Part shown: positions 61,911 to 64,000 of the stretch, in pieces
How the letters are laid out: each line of letters begins with the position of its first letter
Position numbering within the stretch: the stretch's first letter is position 1
NCBI GenBank assembly: GCA_017654855.1
Contig: JAFMPO010000001.1
Coordinates: 248,001 to 312,000 of the forward strand
DNA: 64,000 nt
Direction: 5' to 3'
Source: Podospora anserina
Lineage: Eukaryota
The notes under the pieces: generated by a model
The model's database searches: none
Told to the model about the DNA's origin: nothing
The model's input: the letters and a program-made list of their open reading frames with translations, nothing else
Program-made: the position numbers and the translations under genes

Positions 61911-62688
61911 GATGTTGCGCGTCCGATCTCCGGCTCCTGAGGGGCAAAAATTATAAAATGAGACGTTGTTGAAGCTGGAACGTGAATTACGCGCCGAGGG
62001 CTGCAAAGGTGCTGCGGGGTCAATCCAGCTCTCGATCAATCATCGACGAGACAGCAAAAGCGCTCACTGCCGCAGGCGCACTGTTGTGTGACTTGATGGG
62101 ACACATTTTTTGTTGCTTGTGGCTCAGAATCCGGCCCTGTCAGTGGTCGTCAACTGTGCTTGCTGCAATCGAGGTTGCCTTGACAGGACAATATTGACCA
62201 ATCACCTTCGTCTGCTTCCGATAGATAGTTGGACGTGATTTGATCAAGGGCCTGACATGCTTGGAAGAAAGAGGGCATGTTGCCTGGACAGTATTGTTTG
62301 ACACACACGGCCAAGGATGGGAATGCTCAATCCGAGCAGAGCTCATGGTTCGAACGAAGCGCTGTCCTGTATAAGAACCGGCTGATGGCCCAAGCTTCTC
62401 GATCCTCAGCGGCAGCCCCTACTCGGGCTCGCGTTCCGGTTCCGCGGGTTTTGGGTGATCCCCTCACTGCACATCCCACGGCCACTTTCTCTATCGAACA
62501 GTGCAACATCAACCGTCGTACAGGCGAAGCACCCACCCGACGAATTGTCCTGGGCCCGGAGATCTGTTTCTTATCACTGCATTCGCCTTGTGAAAGTCCC
62601 CTTATCAGAGGTAATCGTCTTAGACCCCCGCTTAACACACGCCAGCAGCGTGTGTGTTAAGCAGCGGATTGCTGGACTGTCCGCAAAT

Positions 62689-64000
62689 ATGGAGGAACTG
62701 CCTGAGCTGGCCGATAATAATGATCACTCGGCAAAGAGAGCCGTAGGTAGCACGTCCCTCACTACATGATGGTTGAAGAACGGTCGATAATTTCGCCGTG
62801 TCAGACTTTTGGTGATATCGAAGTTAACACTGACAAATATGTTTCGGACAGTGTGACCAGTGTCGGCAGCGGAAGGTGTGTATATTCACTTCCACCATCA
62901 ATGTTCGACAGAAGTGCTAAGTCGAAGTGCCGGGTAGATTCGTTGTGATAGAGAGTTGCCTGTATGTTCAAACTGTAGAACTGCCAGTCGAAGTTGTAGC
63001 TCGACCGGCCTCGGCCAGAAGCCTCGCGAACCCAGGCAGAGAGTTCTCATCACCCATCAATAGTGAGGAAATGCCCGTCTTCATTGTTGCCCATGTCTGT
63101 CGGTACCCCCTTCTGGGAAGACTAACACCCACCCATTTGGTTGTTTGCAGTGAGAGAAAGATCGATAGTCTCGACTCCCGCCTGGGAACCATCGAGAAGA
63201 TGCTGCACAACTTGACCGTCTCCCTCAACAACCGAGGCCCACCAACAGCATCCTCGAGTATCTCTCCTACACTCGAGTCAGCAGCAGCAGCCTCGTCATC
63301 AGCCCCTCGTGAGAATAGTGCAGATGCCTTGTTTGGTGCTGACAAAGACAACGAGAGCGATGACTTCGAGGCTACCGCTTTGATGAAGGAGCATACCGCA
63401 TTTGCGACTCAATTCATCGAAAACACCACATTTCCATTCCTCGATCCAGAGATGCGGGCGGCATTCTTGTCCCTGCAGGAGCTTGTCAAACTCCAAAACA
63501 TCGAGAATGCCCGCCATGATGCGCGGTTCACCACTGCGAAACCTCTCCCAAAAGGCGGCTGGGCTGAACTGCCTATGCCGTCTGCTGATATAGTTCTCAG
63601 TGTCCTGCGCGAGATCAAACGTTTGTCAATACGTTATCCCTCTCCTGAAGGTCTTGTAAGTACTGACTCGAGCACAGAACACCCTCCTATGGGCTTTCCA
63701 GCAATTGCCACATTCACCGGCATCGAGGACTTTCCCGACAACGTTCGCAGGGTCTATTTTGCGACTGAAGAGTACAGTTTAATGCAATGGGGGATCGTGA
63801 ATTTGGGCTTGTACTTCACCCTGCAAGAGAGAGGGGCTGCGTCAGAAGGGGATCGTCAAGTTCAACTGTTCGAGGCTTCGTTTCTTTGCCGGGATAACAT
63901 CGAAACCGCGCTTACAAATCTCCCTCTTTTGTTACCGCAGCGCAGAGAGAGTGTCGAGCTTCTAATAATGGCTGTATGTATCAGCAGTGTCCTATCCTGT
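62689..64000 (+). CDS. Zn(II)2Cys6 transcription factor (5' part, runs off window)
   Basis: Spliced short exons give KRA/CDQCRQRK/IRCDRELPVCSNCRTASRSC; not visible in the ORF track. Confidence 0.88.

Overview
Intron-rich genomic DNA of a filamentous ascomycete, very likely Podospora (Sordariales), judged from crapaud-like LTRs, RIP-type AT-rich islands and GT..CTRAC..AG introns. Recognisable intact genes: Con-6-like, calpain-like protease, a CYSTM protein missed by the ORF track, tRNA-Glu(CTC), two AA9 LPMOs, GST, PEX16, a signal-peptide SET protein, alcohol oxidase, HAC1 with its 23-nt Ire1 intron, DUF427, a divergent Did2-like ESCRT-III, SKI2, CSM3, complex I NUXM, a HET-ankyrin protein and a partial Zn2Cys6 factor. 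There is also an aromatic-catabolism cluster (Zn2Cys6 TF, lignostilbene-type dioxygenase, atypical VAO-family oxidase). Two accessory islands (5.8-11 kb and 29.9-32.4 kb) hold TE relics and pseudogenes. The most notable unexplained structures are six dispersed intergenic arrays of one degenerate 21-bp unit, a 5.25-kb block of decayed genes bracketed by related inverted DNA-transposon ends, an LTR with long inverted termini, and a 143-bp inverted repeat pair. All family calls are by eye from motifs; no database searches were run.
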